From positions 3,273-67,272 of the forward strand of contig SVJB01000008.1 of the NCBI GenBank assembly GCA_015069185.1: DNA of 64,000 nucleotides, written 5' to 3'. Shown piece after piece: positions 21,510 to 31,402 of this stretch. The notes beneath the pieces were generated by a model that did not search any database, was not told the DNA's origin, and saw only the letters and a program-made list of their open reading frames with translations. The first letter of the stretch is position 1, and the number at the start of each line of letters is the position of its first letter. The position numbers were made by a program, and so were the translations under genes. This stretch comes from Oscillospiraceae bacterium. GTDB taxonomy: Bacteria > Bacillota > Clostridia > UBA1212 > UBA1255.

Positions 21510-21747
21510 GACATACCTCCGGTCTGCAATTATTGCTTACATATGGCTTGTTAAGATCGGGATAAATTGTGCCATTGGCCAAACCTTCACAAAAAGTGTA
21601 GGTGTCACTGTCTTTTGGTTGAAAATTTATAAATATTGAAGCAAGATTATATCTTGTAGCATCACTATTAAGGCTGTCGGCATGAGAAATGTTATTAACA
21701 GAAGTATTTAACAAATCAGAGCCACAGCCGCATTTTTTATTGTTCAT
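21502..21747 (-). CDS. cotJA: Spore coat-associated protein CotJA
   Basis: 81 aa with the GTIYPDLNKPY motif; overlaps the cotJB start. Confidence 0.75.
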   Translation of the reverse strand: MNNKKCGCGSDLLNTSVNNISHADSLNSDATRYNLASIFINFQPKDSDTYTFCEGLANGTIYPDLNKPYVSNNCRPEVCHE

Positions 21748-21768
21748 ATAAACCTCCGTAATAAAAAA

Positions 21769-22167
21769 TCATTTCGGTTTATGATATGAAAAAATCTTAC
21801 GGATTGTCACGAAAATAAATCTGAATATGTGATAGAAAATGGAAAATATATATTTAAAAATAATAACAACAGGCTTGTTAAGTAGAAAAGAGTAAATAAT
21901 CATGCCGGCCAATGTGCCAAGCACAACATAACTTGCAATATATCCGTTGTTGAGCAAATAAACAGCTAATAAAAACACAGCTGTAGACATGATGACAAAC
22001 AATATATCACCAATCTGTGTCGTGATTTTATCGAATATTTTATGTTTTAACAATACAGGTCTGTAGGCAAGGCGCATGCTTCTAAATATATCAAAGAATA
22101 CGCCTATTGCCATACCTACCACGGCCATACAGAGGAAAACAAATGTGGTGTGTAAGAGATCCGGCAT
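21769..22167 (-). CDS. yabQ: Spore cortex biosynthesis protein YabQ
   Basis: 132-aa polytopic membrane protein directly downstream of yabP. Confidence 0.7.
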   Translation of the reverse strand: MPDLLHTTFVFLCMAVVGMAIGVFFDIFRSMRLAYRPVLLKHKIFDKITTQIGDILFVIMSTAVFLLAVYLLNNGYIASYVVLGTLAGMIIYSFLLNKPVVIIFKYIFSIFYHIFRFIFVTIRKIFSYHKPK

Positions 22168-22177
22168 AGAAAATCAC

Positions 22178-22444
22178 CTATTTGAATATCCTTGTGAAAA
22201 TTTTCTTCTTGTTTTTGGAAATATCTTCGTATTCACAGCCGTATATGTAGCCAACAATATAAAGTTCATGTTGCTCCAGACTAAGAGAACCGATTTTAAG
22301 TCCCTCTCCGCGAATAAGCATGCGTCCCTGTTCTGTATCCAAATCTACAAATACGTCGTCAAAACTTCTTACATCAATAACTCCAGTTATTCTGATATTT
22401 TCACGATTCTTAATAAAAACATCCTGAGAGCGTGTGTCCGGCAT
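22178..22444 (-). CDS. yabP: Sporulation protein YabP
   Basis: 88 aa with ITGVIDVRSFDD and LIRGEGLKI motifs typical of YabP. Confidence 0.8.
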   Translation of the reverse strand: MPDTRSQDVFIKNRENIRITGVIDVRSFDDVFVDLDTEQGRMLIRGEGLKIGSLSLEQHELYIVGYIYGCEYEDISKNKKKIFTRIFK

Positions 22445-22501
22445 ATAGGTACCTTCTAAAATTTTGTTACAGAATAATGATATTCATCTATTGCAGTAAA
22501 T

Positions 22502-23920
22502 ATGAAGCCATATTATAATTTTATCGGTGATAAAATGTTAGTTAAGAATGAAAATTATATTATTGATATAGAAAGCGTCACACAAGAGGGTATGGGTGTG
22601 GGACGTATAGACGGCTTTGTTGTGTTTACATATGGCTTGCTTCCCGGTGAGAAGGCGCAGGTGAAGATAATTAAGCTTACAAAAAGCTATGCTATAGGTA
22701 AACTTACAGAGCTTTTGTCAGCATCACCTAACCGCTTAGCAGAGCCTGCATGCCGTGCGTATCCTCGATGCGGTGGATGCTGCTTCTGTCATGTGGATTA
22801 TAAAAGTCAGCTGGACTTCAAAACTCAGTATGTTAAGGATTGCTTGGAACGCATAGGAAGGCTTGATGTACATAGCATTGAATTTGTTTCGACATTTGGT
22901 ATGCAAGAGCCAAAAGAATACAGAAATAAGTATACGTATGTTTTCACGGAAAATAATGGTAAGATTGACTGTGGATTCTATGCTGCAAACTCACACCGGG
23001 TAGTGGCGATTGATGGTTGTATTGTAGAGACGGCGCAAGCTCGTTTAACCAGACTTGCTGTGACAGAGTTTGTCAATATTAAAAATTTATCTGTATATAA
23101 CGAAATATCAGGGAAGGGCCTGCTGCGCAATCTTATGGTTCGTTTTGGAGATACGGACGTATGCGTTATTGTTGTGATTAATGGCAAGAAGTTTCCCTTT
23201 ACAAACGAACTTATAAGCTATATGCGTGAAAAATGTCCATGGATTACATCTTTATTCGTGAACATTAATACTATTCGCACAAATGTAGTACTGGGAGAGA
23301 CTTTTCACCTGTTATACGGCAAATCATATATGGATGCAAGTATCGGAAGCAGTAGATACAAGGTGTCTCCGCAAGCTTTCTTTCAGATAAATCCTCTCCA
23401 AACCAAAGTATTGTATGACAAGGTGTACAACTTGTCTGATGTGCAAGACGGTGAGACTGTATATGATCTGTTTTGCGGCGCCGGAACAATAGGGATTTAC
23501 GTGAAAAATCGTTTCTTAAGTGAAAATCCCGACAGTAAACTTCGCTTAATTGGCGTTGAATATGTTCCTGAGGCAGTTGAAAATGCCAAGGAAAACGCCG
23601 CTTTGAACGGACTGGATAACTGCAGCTTTTATGCAGGTGATGCGACTGTAGTGACGCCGCAGATTATTGCGAAGGAACAAAAGATGCCGGACCTTGTGAT
23701 TGTAGATCCACCGCGTAGCGGCTTAGATGAGAAGCTTCTGGATACGGTATGCTTAACCGGCGCAAAAAGGGTGGTATATGTGTCCTGCAATCCGTCTACA
23801 ATGGCTAGAGATGTGAAATATCTGACAGCAGGAGGATATTGTGTGAAAAAGGTGGAAATGGTGGATATGTTCCCGTGGACGGGGCATGTGGAAACGGTTG
23901 TGTATCTCACACAAAAATGA
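22502..23920 (+). CDS. rlmD: 23S rRNA (uracil-5)-methyltransferase RlmD/RumA family (TRAM + Fe-S + SAM MTase)
   Basis: The protein has a TRAM-like N-terminus, a Cys cluster (CRAYPRCGGCCFCH), and the motifs VIVDPPRSGLD and YVSCNPSTMARD. An alternative start is ATG 22535 (MLVKNENY). Confidence 0.85.
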   Translation: MKPYYNFIGDKMLVKNENYIIDIESVTQEGMGVGRIDGFVVFTYGLLPGEKAQVKIIKLTKSYAIGKLTELLSASPNRLAEPACRAYPRCGGCCFCHVDYKSQLDFKTQYVKDCLERIGRLDVHSIEFVSTFGMQEPKEYRNKYTYVFTENNGKIDCGFYAANSHRVVAIDGCIVETAQARLTRLAVTEFVNIKNLSVYNEISGKGLLRNLMVRFGDTDVCVIVVINGKKFPFTNELISYMREKCPWITSLFVNINTIRTNVVLGETFHLLYGKSYMDASIGSSRYKVSPQAFFQINPLQTKVLYDKVYNLSDVQDGETVYDLFCGAGTIGIYVKNRFLSENPDSKLRLIGVEYVPEAVENAKENAALNGLDNCSFYAGDATVVTPQIIAKEQKMPDLVIVDPPRSGLDEKLLDTVCLTGAKRVVYVSCNPSTMARDVKYLTAGGYCVKKVEMVDMFPWTGHVETVVYLTQK

Positions 23921-23954
23921 GCCAAAATTGCCTTGCTTTTACACAGGGATAAAT

Positions 23955-24215
23955 GTTACTTTTGAGCGAAACTTCAAAAGTGGACCGGTCGCTAAAACTT
24001 TAGTATTTTTTTGCTATCATCATAATTAAATTACTCCTTAAAAATTACGCACTTTTTTCCTTATTTGCTATTCTATATTCCATGGGATTCATATATCCTA
24101 ACGTGCTATGTAGACGCTTTCTGTATGCATATGACTTATATTTTACCTATCGACACTTTTCCATACCAGTCCACTAAGTTTTCGAGTGCAAATAGGCTGG
24201 ATACATTTTACGGAA
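23955..24215 (-). mobile_element. Truncated IS3-family insertion-sequence remnant (one terminal repeat plus the broken 3' end of the transposase gene)
   Basis: Minus-strand translation of 24045-24146 gives VKYKSYAYRKRLHSTLGYMNPMEYRIANKEKSA*, the conserved C-terminal tail of rve/IS3 DDE transposases. Upstream the frame is broken (LENLVDWYGKVSIGKI* in another frame). The outer end starts TGTTAC at 23955. No intact transposase ORF is present. Confidence 0.55.
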
Positions 24216-24223
24216 TAAATGTA

Positions 24224-24252
24224 TTGCAAAACGATATACATAATGATATAAT
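24224..24252 (+). promoter_or_regulatory. SigA-type promoter of the toxin-antitoxin operon
   Basis: TTGCAA (24224-24229), 17-nt spacer ending in TGA, then TATAAT (24247-24252); GGAAGGTGG RBS before ATG 24277. Confidence 0.6.
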
Positions 24253-24276
24253 TTTATATGAGGAAGGTGGTCGGAT

Positions 24277-24597
24277 ATGGCTATTAAAAGTTCAAATGTT
24301 ATAGCAAGGGTAGAACCAGAAATTAAAGAACAAGCAGAACATATACTTGCAAAACTTGGAATCTCTGCTTCGAATGGTATCAACATGTTTTATAGACAGA
24401 TTATTTTATGGAATGGACTCCCATTTAGACCGTCTATTCCTTCAACTTCTCCAAAATCATTGACAGATATGTCTAAGGACGAATTTGATTTGAAATTAAC
24501 TCGCGCATTTATGCAGGCTAAGGCTGGTGAAGGCATAGCAGCTGATGAGTTTTTTGAATCGCTTAAGAGCGAGGTTATTAAATCGCATGCTGAATAA
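24277..24597 (+). CDS. RelB/DinJ-family antitoxin
   Basis: NVIARVEPEIKEQAEHILAKLGISASNGINMFYRQIILWNGLPF matches the RelB/DinJ ribbon-helix-helix family. Confidence 0.8.
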   Translation: MAIKSSNVIARVEPEIKEQAEHILAKLGISASNGINMFYRQIILWNGLPFRPSIPSTSPKSLTDMSKDEFDLKLTRAFMQAKAGEGIAADEFFESLKSEVIKSHAE

Positions 24598-24964
24598 ATA
24601 TAAGGTGATTGTATTACCTGAGGCTCAGCAAGATATGCGAGAAATAATTTTATATATTGCATATGAACTCGCCGCTCCTCAAGCAGCAATAAATTTGCAA
24701 ATTGCACTAAATGAAGCAATTAATTCTTTATCAATGATGCCTGATCGTATTAAAATAGTTGATGAGCATCCTTGGCGCGAAGTAGGTGTCCGTAGGATTT
24801 GCATTAAGAACTATTATATCTATTTTCTTATATCCGAAAAGGAAAATTTAGTTCAAATAATGGCCGTAATATATTCAGGCTGTGATCAGAAAAATATATT
24901 AAATTATATGAGTAAAACTGCTACTGATGATTCTCAAGACACTGAAGATATTATAAAAAAATAA
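24587..24964 (+). CDS. ParE/RelE-family toxin
   Basis: MLNKYKVIVLPEAQQDMREIILYI...NYYIYFLISEKENLVQIMAVIYSGCDQ is ParE/RelE-like. ATG 24587 overlaps the antitoxin 3' end by 11 nt; the track start at 24545 is less likely. Confidence 0.7.
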   Translation: MLNKYKVIVLPEAQQDMREIILYIAYELAAPQAAINLQIALNEAINSLSMMPDRIKIVDEHPWREVGVRRICIKNYYIYFLISEKENLVQIMAVIYSGCDQKNILNYMSKTATDDSQDTEDIIKK

Positions 24965-24980
24965 TTTTACAGGAGCCCAT

Positions 24981-25730
24981 ATGGATTACTACCAACAAAT
25001 ATTCAAACGAAAATCTTTTCACCTGTTTAGAGGAACAGAAAAACTAACAACTGACGATATAAACAACCTCAAGGCTTTTATTGATTCGGTAAAACCTCTT
25101 GACCCGCATATTAAAACCCGGATTCAACTTGTGCCGGAAACAGATACTACCTGCAAACGGGGTGGCGAATATTGTATTCTGTTTTACAGTGAGAAGAAGG
25201 GTGAATACCTGAGAAATATCGGGTATATCGGTGAGCAGATCGATTTATATCTCGCGTCTCAAGATATAGGCGCTTTGTGGTTTGGTATAGGAAAACCACA
25301 GGAATTGGAAATAAATGGTCTTGGCTTTGTGATTATGATATCCATTGCAAAAATGCCGGTAGATAAATTCCGCAAAGATATGTTCAAATCCAAGCGCAAG
25401 CCATTGTCGGAAACATGGATAGGTGACACATTGAATGTAGCGGAGATTGTGCGTTTCACGCCCAGCGCATGCAACACACAGCCCTGGATTACGGAAAATA
25501 ATGGTAAAGAATTACTTGTGTATCGCTACAAGAAACCAGGTAAAAGAGGTATAATGCCTATTGAAAAAGTAAGATATTATAATAAAATAGACATAGGAAT
25601 TTACCTTTTTATGCTAGAAACATGCCTTAAATACGAGAATTATTCATTTGTACGCACTTTGTATGAAGATACGACAGATGATAGCGTAGAGAAGACGTTG
25701 ATTGCCAGGTATGAATTACGGAGAAAATAA
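24981..25730 (+). CDS. Nitroreductase-family protein
   Basis: IFKRKSFHLF and TPSACNTQPW motifs of the nitroreductase fold. Confidence 0.6.
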   Translation: MDYYQQIFKRKSFHLFRGTEKLTTDDINNLKAFIDSVKPLDPHIKTRIQLVPETDTTCKRGGEYCILFYSEKKGEYLRNIGYIGEQIDLYLASQDIGALWFGIGKPQELEINGLGFVIMISIAKMPVDKFRKDMFKSKRKPLSETWIGDTLNVAEIVRFTPSACNTQPWITENNGKELLVYRYKKPGKRGIMPIEKVRYYNKIDIGIYLFMLETCLKYENYSFVRTLYEDTTDDSVEKTLIARYELRRK

Positions 25731-25731
25731 A

Positions 25732-26169
25732 ATGGAAATTATTGTAAAAAAATACAACGACCTCACTTTGGATGAGCTATATGAAATATTAAAAATCAGA
25801 AATGAAGTGTTTGTGATAGAACAGAACTGTCCGTATCTGGATATTGATGGAAAAGATAGGCACTCATATCACGTGTTTGCCAAAGATAGTGATGGAATAC
25901 AAGCTTGTCTGAGAGTATTACCCGATAATCCGGAATTAGATATTGTAATGATTGGCAGAGTAGTTACAAAAAAACGTATGAGCGGTTTGGGAAGGCAAAT
26001 AATGGAAGAAGGTATTCGCACTGCTTACAATATATTGCAGGCAAAAACAATCAGAATTGAAGCTCAGGTGCAGGCCAGAGGTTTTTATGAAAAGAATGGC
26101 TTCGTTCAAAGTGGCGAAGAGTTCATGCTGGACAATATCCTTCATATTGAGATGATACATAGAAAATAA
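25732..26169 (+). CDS. GNAT N-acetyltransferase (ElaA-like)
   Basis: LTLDELYEILKIRNEVFVIEQNCPYLDIDGKD and the GLGRQIM acetyl-CoA loop. ATG 25732 follows the upstream stop at 25730. Confidence 0.75.
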   Translation: MEIIVKKYNDLTLDELYEILKIRNEVFVIEQNCPYLDIDGKDRHSYHVFAKDSDGIQACLRVLPDNPELDIVMIGRVVTKKRMSGLGRQIMEEGIRTAYNILQAKTIRIEAQVQARGFYEKNGFVQSGEEFMLDNILHIEMIHRK

Positions 26170-26268
26170 AGATAAGCTTTATTTTCACTAGAAAGTAATA
26201 TTAATGCTCTAAAAAAGACATAATTAAGTAGTATTATGTAATACAATTGATCTTTGGAGGAGCGATGA

Positions 26269-27639
26269 ATGGAAGATAAATATAGCGAATATACTACTAT
26301 TTTAGATAAACAAAAGGTTGCGCTTTCGGTGAATGATACCGCAGGTATTCCTCCTGTTATGCATAATGAGACCATGACCTGTCAAAAAAAATATGAGACA
26401 CAGGGGAAGAAGTCTATAACTATTACTGTTGCATTGCTTATTTGTATATGTGTATTGAGCAGTATTATCGGTGGTTCTCTGTGTTTTGGAGGTAATGTTT
26501 TATATAATCGGTTAAATAATGATGAACATTATACAGTAACATATCCACCCGATAATGGTGAGAATACACAGCAAAGCACCCAAACGAATACGGATATTAA
26601 AACAAATAACGGTGAAAATTCTGACATAACAATAAATGCTGACTCTGTTGTGGCTCCCGCTACCGCTGTTGCGGTTAAGGTGCTTCCATCTATCGTTGGC
26701 ATAAGAGTGACAACCAAGATTTCTTCGGGAAGATATGGCACATATGAGACTTCGGGAGAAGGTTCGGGTGTGATATATACTACAGATGGCTATATCATAA
26801 CAAATTATCACGTTGTTGAGATGATGGTAACCTCCTCCGGTGAACGCAATCCAAACTCGTCAATGGAAGTGTATCTGTGTCAGGATACGGAGCAGGCATA
26901 TGAAGCTACACTGATTGGATATGATATCAGTTCAGATCTGGCTGTGATTAAAATAGAACAGGATAATCTTTGTGCAGTTGAACTGGGGGATTCTGATGAA
27001 ATCTTAGTGGGCGATATCGCAATTGCACTTGGTAATCCCGGAGGACTTGAATTCATGGGCTCGGTAAGCCAAGGTATCATAAGTGGTCTTAACAGAGTCA
27101 TTACAGTCGAAGAAACATACGAGAATATTACGCTTATTCAAACTGATGCCGCTATTAATCCGGGAAATTCAGGTGGCGCTCTTGTCAATAGCGAAGGAAA
27201 ACTTATTGGTATTAACAGTGTAAAAATCGTTGAAGACGGATATGAGGGTATGGGCTTTGCGCTCCCTGTAAACGATGTGGTTGATATTTGCAATGATATA
27301 ATTAAAGATGGCAACACAAATGCTGCGTATCTGGGACTGGAATTTAACACAAGTTATACACCTGAATATCTGGAGGCATATGGTTATCCTGTAGGCCTTG
27401 TTATATCGTCTGTCGCACAGGGCAGTCCTGCAGAGACGGCAGGTTTTGAGACAGAGGATATCCTTACTTCTTTTGGTGGTGCCAAGATAGAGTCTACAAC
27501 AGATTTAATTAATGAAAAGGCCAAGTACAAATCAGGTGATACGGTAGTTATTACTATATACCGGCTCACTCTTGTCGGCAGTGGTTGGAACCGTCAGTGG
27601 GTAGGGAACTATATTGATTTGACTGTTACACTGGGATAA
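26269..27639 (+). CDS. HtrA/DegP-type S1C serine protease with PDZ domain, membrane anchored
   Basis: The catalytic triad context is ITNYHVV, SDLAVIK and GNSGGALVN. There is an N-terminal TM helix and a C-terminal PDZ-like region. Confidence 0.85.
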   Translation: MEDKYSEYTTILDKQKVALSVNDTAGIPPVMHNETMTCQKKYETQGKKSITITVALLICICVLSSIIGGSLCFGGNVLYNRLNNDEHYTVTYPPDNGENTQQSTQTNTDIKTNNGENSDITINADSVVAPATAVAVKVLPSIVGIRVTTKISSGRYGTYETSGEGSGVIYTTDGYIITNYHVVEMMVTSSGERNPNSSMEVYLCQDTEQAYEATLIGYDISSDLAVIKIEQDNLCAVELGDSDEILVGDIAIALGNPGGLEFMGSVSQGIISGLNRVITVEETYENITLIQTDAAINPGNSGGALVNSEGKLIGINSVKIVEDGYEGMGFALPVNDVVDICNDIIKDGNTNAAYLGLEFNTSYTPEYLEAYGYPVGLVISSVAQGSPAETAGFETEDILTSFGGAKIESTTDLINEKAKYKSGDTVVITIYRLTLVGSGWNRQWVGNYIDLTVTLG

Positions 27640-27672
27640 ATTAAAAAAGGTGCTTGTCAGGAAAAGAGAACA

Positions 27673-27713
27673 AAAATATCCCGACAGATTTTAAGGTCCG
27701 TCGGGATATTTTT
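27673..27713. terminator. Bidirectional rho-independent terminator
   Basis: AAAATATCCCGAC (27673-27685) pairs with GTCGGGATATTTT (27700-27712). An A-run and a T-run flank it, between convergent genes. Confidence 0.7.
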
Positions 27714-28131
27714 ATTTCATTGTTGCCGATAATTTTATTCCGGAAACACCGTCCGTGGTCATAATAAACAACGTCGATTCGGAATTTTTTTCGTTTAAAT
27801 CGAGAAGCAAATTTCTAAAAGCAAACGAGGGAATGTCTATACATTGATCCTGCCACATACATAAAACAAAACATATTTCGCAATCTTTAGCTTCTTGTAT
27901 TTTATGAAGACAAGACTCCTCATCTGCCTTCCCTTCGGATAATGCATTTCGTATAATTGTGCTGTACTCGTTTCCTGCAGAAGAATGTAAAACAATAGCT
28001 TGTGTATATTGGTTTTTCTCGGAATTAGAAAGCAATTCTATTGCCTTCTCCTTCATACACTCAAATATCGTCAAATCAAGCATTGTTTTTGTTTTGAGTT
28101 CAAATAACGATTGCATTATTTTTCCTTTCAT
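27712..28131 (-). CDS. Hypothetical cytoplasmic protein
   Basis: 139-aa ORF with coding-like composition and its own terminator; no motif I can assign securely. Confidence 0.4.
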   Translation of the reverse strand: MKGKIMQSLFELKTKTMLDLTIFECMKEKAIELLSNSEKNQYTQAIVLHSSAGNEYSTIIRNALSEGKADEESCLHKIQEAKDCEICFVLCMWQDQCIDIPSFAFRNLLLDLNEKNSESTLFIMTTDGVSGIKLSATMK

Positions 28132-28155
28132 TGATATAGTTGAGTGCTTTATCCT

Positions 28156-30213
28156 TTATCTGAGCTCAGGACCATTTTCACCCATAATCCATATATTATC
28201 AAAGTCCCAATCTGTAAATGTAGATTCTTGTAACAGTTGATCGTTTGTGATTATTTGAACATACTCGTGCGTGGGCATTACAGTATACACTGCGTCGCTA
28301 AGTCCAGATGTACCATGCATTTTATATTTATTTATCGGCGTATAGTATGTTCTTAAATTTTCAATATTGAAATTATTTTCAAATTTTAATATGCTGGTTT
28401 TTTCAAATCCTGACCAATCACTTTGGTCTTTTTTATCTGGGTCTAGGGCATATAAAATAGTATATCTATCCAATACAAGACCAACTAATGCTCCGTGACA
28501 GTAAACACGTTCATCTTCACAAATGTTTGGAGCGAATACTAGTCCAGTTGCATAACAATTCCACAATTCAATTTTATCATAGTCAGAGTATATGCTTAAT
28601 GATTTTATGGAACCTACAAGTGAACCACATGGATTATAATAGTTGAGCCAAGGACCGCTAGAAATTTTGTCATAACATGGACTCCATTCAGCACTTGGAA
28701 CATTTATGTTACCTGTTGCATAGCAATCATGTACTATTGCATATGCGTTCATTTGTCCAATGAGACCTCCTGCACTTACTCTGCCTTGATGATCTGTAGA
28801 AGTACACGTGATCTCTACTGAGGCATAACTTCTTGTTATTTCGGTTGCATACAATGTATAACCAACCAGTCCTCCTACGTCTCCGTTTACTACATTTATA
28901 GTTCCCTTGGCGTGACATTTATCTATTTTGACTAAATTAGCTGTACCAATAAGCCCGCCGATGTTAGCTCGTTCAATTGCCGATACAAATGATTCTATTT
29001 TAACGTTTGTATAGCAATTTTTCACATATATATTAGGTGCTCCTGATGGAGCAAAATCTTCATTTTTGAATGTCTTGTATATTGTTCCAATAAGACCACC
29101 TGCGAAGCCTCCGCAGGTAATGAGACCTTCTACTGAACAATTTACCATAAGGTCTTTTTGGCCTTCCTTTAAGAGTGCAGAAGCAACTAGACCTCCTGTT
29201 TGAGAGTTGGAGCTCTTAAAATTAACTGTAGCAGTACAGTTTTCAAAAGAGCAACCCATCGCATACCCAACTAATGCGGCTGTGTATCCACCCCTTCCGG
29301 GATGCAATGCAGTGTTATGTTCATATTTTTGATGATTATCATCTGTATGAGCATTTATAATATGAATGTTTTTAAAAATCCCATCCTCTGTGTATGTAAA
29401 AAGTGCGGTTGCTTCAGAATCTGCGTTGAAATGAATATTAGATATGGTATGCCCGTTTCCGTCGTAGTTATGTCTAAATGGTATTTCGTATGAACCGATT
29501 ACTATCCATTCATTCATGGAAGAGCAATCAATATCAGCAACCTGCTTAAAATAGTACCCTTTCTTATCAACAACTTTCTGTAGATTTTTTAGATCTGTAA
29601 GATTTTTTATTAAATAGGGATTAGTTTGTGTGCCGGCTCCTTCAAAAAGTGGTGTAGGCGTAGGCTTTGCAGTTGGCTTAGCAGTAGGCTTCTGCGTAGG
29701 AGTAGCTGTCGGCTTAGCGGTCGGCTTCTGTGTAGGAGTAGCTGTTGGCTTAGCAGTAGGCTTTTGTGTAGGAGTAGCTGTCGGCTTAGCAGTAGGCTTC
29801 TGTGTAGGAGTAGCAGTTGGCTTAGCAGTAGGCTCCTGTGTAGGAGTAGCTGTTGGCTCTATAGTAGGCTCTTGTGTAGGAGTAGCTGTTGGCTCTATAG
29901 TAGGCTCTTGTGTAGGAGTAGCTGTTGGCTCTATAGTAGGCTCCTGTGTAGGAGTCGCTGTTGGCTCCGCAGTAGTCTCTTGTGTAGGAGTAACTGTTGG
30001 CTCTGCAGTAGATTCCTGTGTAGGATCAATAGTAGGATTTTCGGAAGGACCTTCTGTCTTCAACGCTGGGGTTTGAGTTGGAGCCGATGATGGCTCCTGT
30101 GTCTGTGCCGATTCCGGAGTTGGATTGTTAATAATTTTTTTACTATCTTCAAAACATCCTGTTATCATTGAAAATATTAAGATAACCAAAATAAAACTGA
30201 TAATTTTTTTCAC
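28156..30213 (-). CDS. Surface lipoprotein with PT-rich repeat linker and GLUG-motif repeat domain
   Basis: The lipobox is [10 protein letters not shown]. Eleven 12-aa PT repeats follow. After them come repeated GGLVG/GGLIG (GLUG-type) motifs spaced through about 450 aa. Confidence 0.7.
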   Translation of the reverse strand: MKKIISFILVILIFSMITGCFEDSKKIINNPTPESAQTQEPSSAPTQTPALKTEGPSENPTIDPTQESTAEPTVTPTQETTAEPTATPTQEPTIEPTATPTQEPTIEPTATPTQEPTIEPTATPTQEPTAKPTATPTQKPTAKPTATPTQKPTAKPTATPTQKPTAKPTATPTQKPTAKPTAKPTPTPLFEGAGTQTNPYLIKNLTDLKNLQKVVDKKGYYFKQVADIDCSSMNEWIVIGSYEIPFRHNYDGNGHTISNIHFNADSEATALFTYTEDGIFKNIHIINAHTDDNHQKYEHNTALHPGRGGYTAALVGYAMGCSFENCTATVNFKSSNSQTGGLVASALLKEGQKDLMVNCSVEGLITCGGFAGGLIGTIYKTFKNEDFAPSGAPNIYVKNCYTNVKIESFVSAIERANIGGLIGTANLVKIDKCHAKGTINVVNGDVGGLVGYTLYATEITRSYASVEITCTSTDHQGRVSAGGLIGQMNAYAIVHDCYATGNINVPSAEWSPCYDKISSGPWLNYYNPCGSLVGSIKSLSIYSDYDKIELWNCYATGLVFAPNICEDERVYCHGALVGLVLDRYTILYALDPDKKDQSDWSGFEKTSILKFENNFNIENLRTYYTPINKYKMHGTSGLSDAVYTVMPTHEYVQIITNDQLLQESTFTDWDFDNIWIMGENGPELR
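29626..30021 (-). repeat. Tandem 36-bp coding repeat, 11 units
   Basis: Encodes aa 65-196 of the lipoprotein. The units are [24 protein letters not shown], 3x [24 protein letters not shown] and 5x [10 protein letters not shown](T/K)P. Confidence 0.9.
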
Positions 30214-30582
30214 AGTATATCACTCTTTCTGTGTATATATTTATGTCAGAATAAATTAATTAAATTTTATTAAACACCTACAAACTAAATATTAGCACAA
30301 AACATCTTATAAATCCCCACACTTTTATAAAAAAAGTGTGGGGTAGGAACTCTTTGTTTGGTAGACATTTATAAAATGTGTATATTATTTATAGATATTT
30401 AATTGCAAGACTTAAAAGAGGTGTTTTATTTCTTTGTTTTTCTTTTTTGGTGGTAAATGGTGCTTGTTTTTCGTGTTTTTATATAATATAATGGCGAGAC
30501 GGTAATAATTTCCAAGTTGCTATCGTATATATATACAGATGATATTTAATATACTTAGAACAAAGTTTAAGAGGTACAAGCG

Positions 30583-31260
30583 ATGATAGGCAGTCAATGC
30601 ACAACAAATATTGCAAAGATTTCGGGCGTTATTATGACAGCTCCTACCTTTGGTCATGAGGTTTATGGCGAAGGTTTTTATTATTTTCTTATTAAGGTTA
30701 AGAGGTTGAGTGATAGCTGTGATATTATCCCGGTTACTGTTTCAGAACGTCTGGCTGACTGCAATGAATATCAGGTAGGTAGATATATAGAAGTATCAGG
30801 CCAGTTCAGATCATATAATGCCAGCACAGGCAGTGGCAGTGCCAAGTTGATGCTTTCCGTATTTGCTCAGGATGTAGTTTTCTGCGAAGAAGAGAGCCGT
30901 GATATGGATACAAACTACATCGAGTTAGATGGATTTATTTGTAAACCGCCTGTGTATAGAACAACGCCTTTTAAACGTGAGATTACAGATTTCTTATTGG
31001 CTGTTAACCGTTCATATAATAAATCAGATTATATTCCATGTATTTCGTGGGGACGCAATGCTCGGTTCTGTGGTAAACGAACTGTTGGTGAGAATGTTAA
31101 GGTAATTGGCAGGATTCAAAGCCGTACATATGAAAAGAAGTTTCCTGACGGTACCAGTGTCAAGAAGACTGCATACGAGATATCTGTTGCAAAGATCGAA
31201 CTTAGAAGTGAAGAAGTTAGAGAAAATGTGGTTGAGAATACAGATACTATAGTTCAATAA
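30583..31260 (+). CDS. SSB-like protein with two OB folds, no acidic C-terminal tail
   Basis: The second half (IELDGFICKPPVYR...LLAVNRSYNKSDYIPCISWGRNARF...VKVIGRIQSRTYEKK) follows the SSB OB-fold pattern, and the first half is a weaker copy. The C-terminus is ...ENTDTIVQ. Confidence 0.5.
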   Translation: MIGSQCTTNIAKISGVIMTAPTFGHEVYGEGFYYFLIKVKRLSDSCDIIPVTVSERLADCNEYQVGRYIEVSGQFRSYNASTGSGSAKLMLSVFAQDVVFCEEESRDMDTNYIELDGFICKPPVYRTTPFKREITDFLLAVNRSYNKSDYIPCISWGRNARFCGKRTVGENVKVIGRIQSRTYEKKFPDGTSVKKTAYEISVAKIELRSEEVRENVVENTDTIVQ

Positions 31261-31402
31261 GACATAAAGTAGTGACTTTTTAGTCATATTCTTTAGAAAT
31301 TCTTTATTTTTTTTTGAAAAACACTTTATTACTTGCATATGATTTTTTAATTGGGCACATAATATAATATTCCTGTAAACAACAAATGAGGAGGATAATA
31401 TT

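Noticed and set aside
24065-24386. Short ORFs (79 aa plus strand, 70 aa minus strand) across the rlmD-TA spacer.
   Set aside because: They run through the IS3 remnant and the TA promoter. The only recognisable coding signal there is the broken transposase C-terminus.
27712-28131. Possible cytidine-deaminase-fold protein with lost zinc ligands (PSFAFRNLL versus the P-C-G-x-C-R-Q motif).
   Set aside because: The resemblance rests on one short segment recalled from memory, and no H/C-A-E motif could be placed. That is too thin to call, so it is left as hypothetical. An HHpred search would settle it.
29626-30090. Two long plus-strand ORFs (154 aa and 148 aa; [10 protein letters not shown]... and [13 protein letters not shown]...).
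   Set aside because: They lie antisense to the 36-bp PT repeat of the GLUG lipoprotein. Their periodic low-complexity translation is a by-product of the repeat and they have no RBS.
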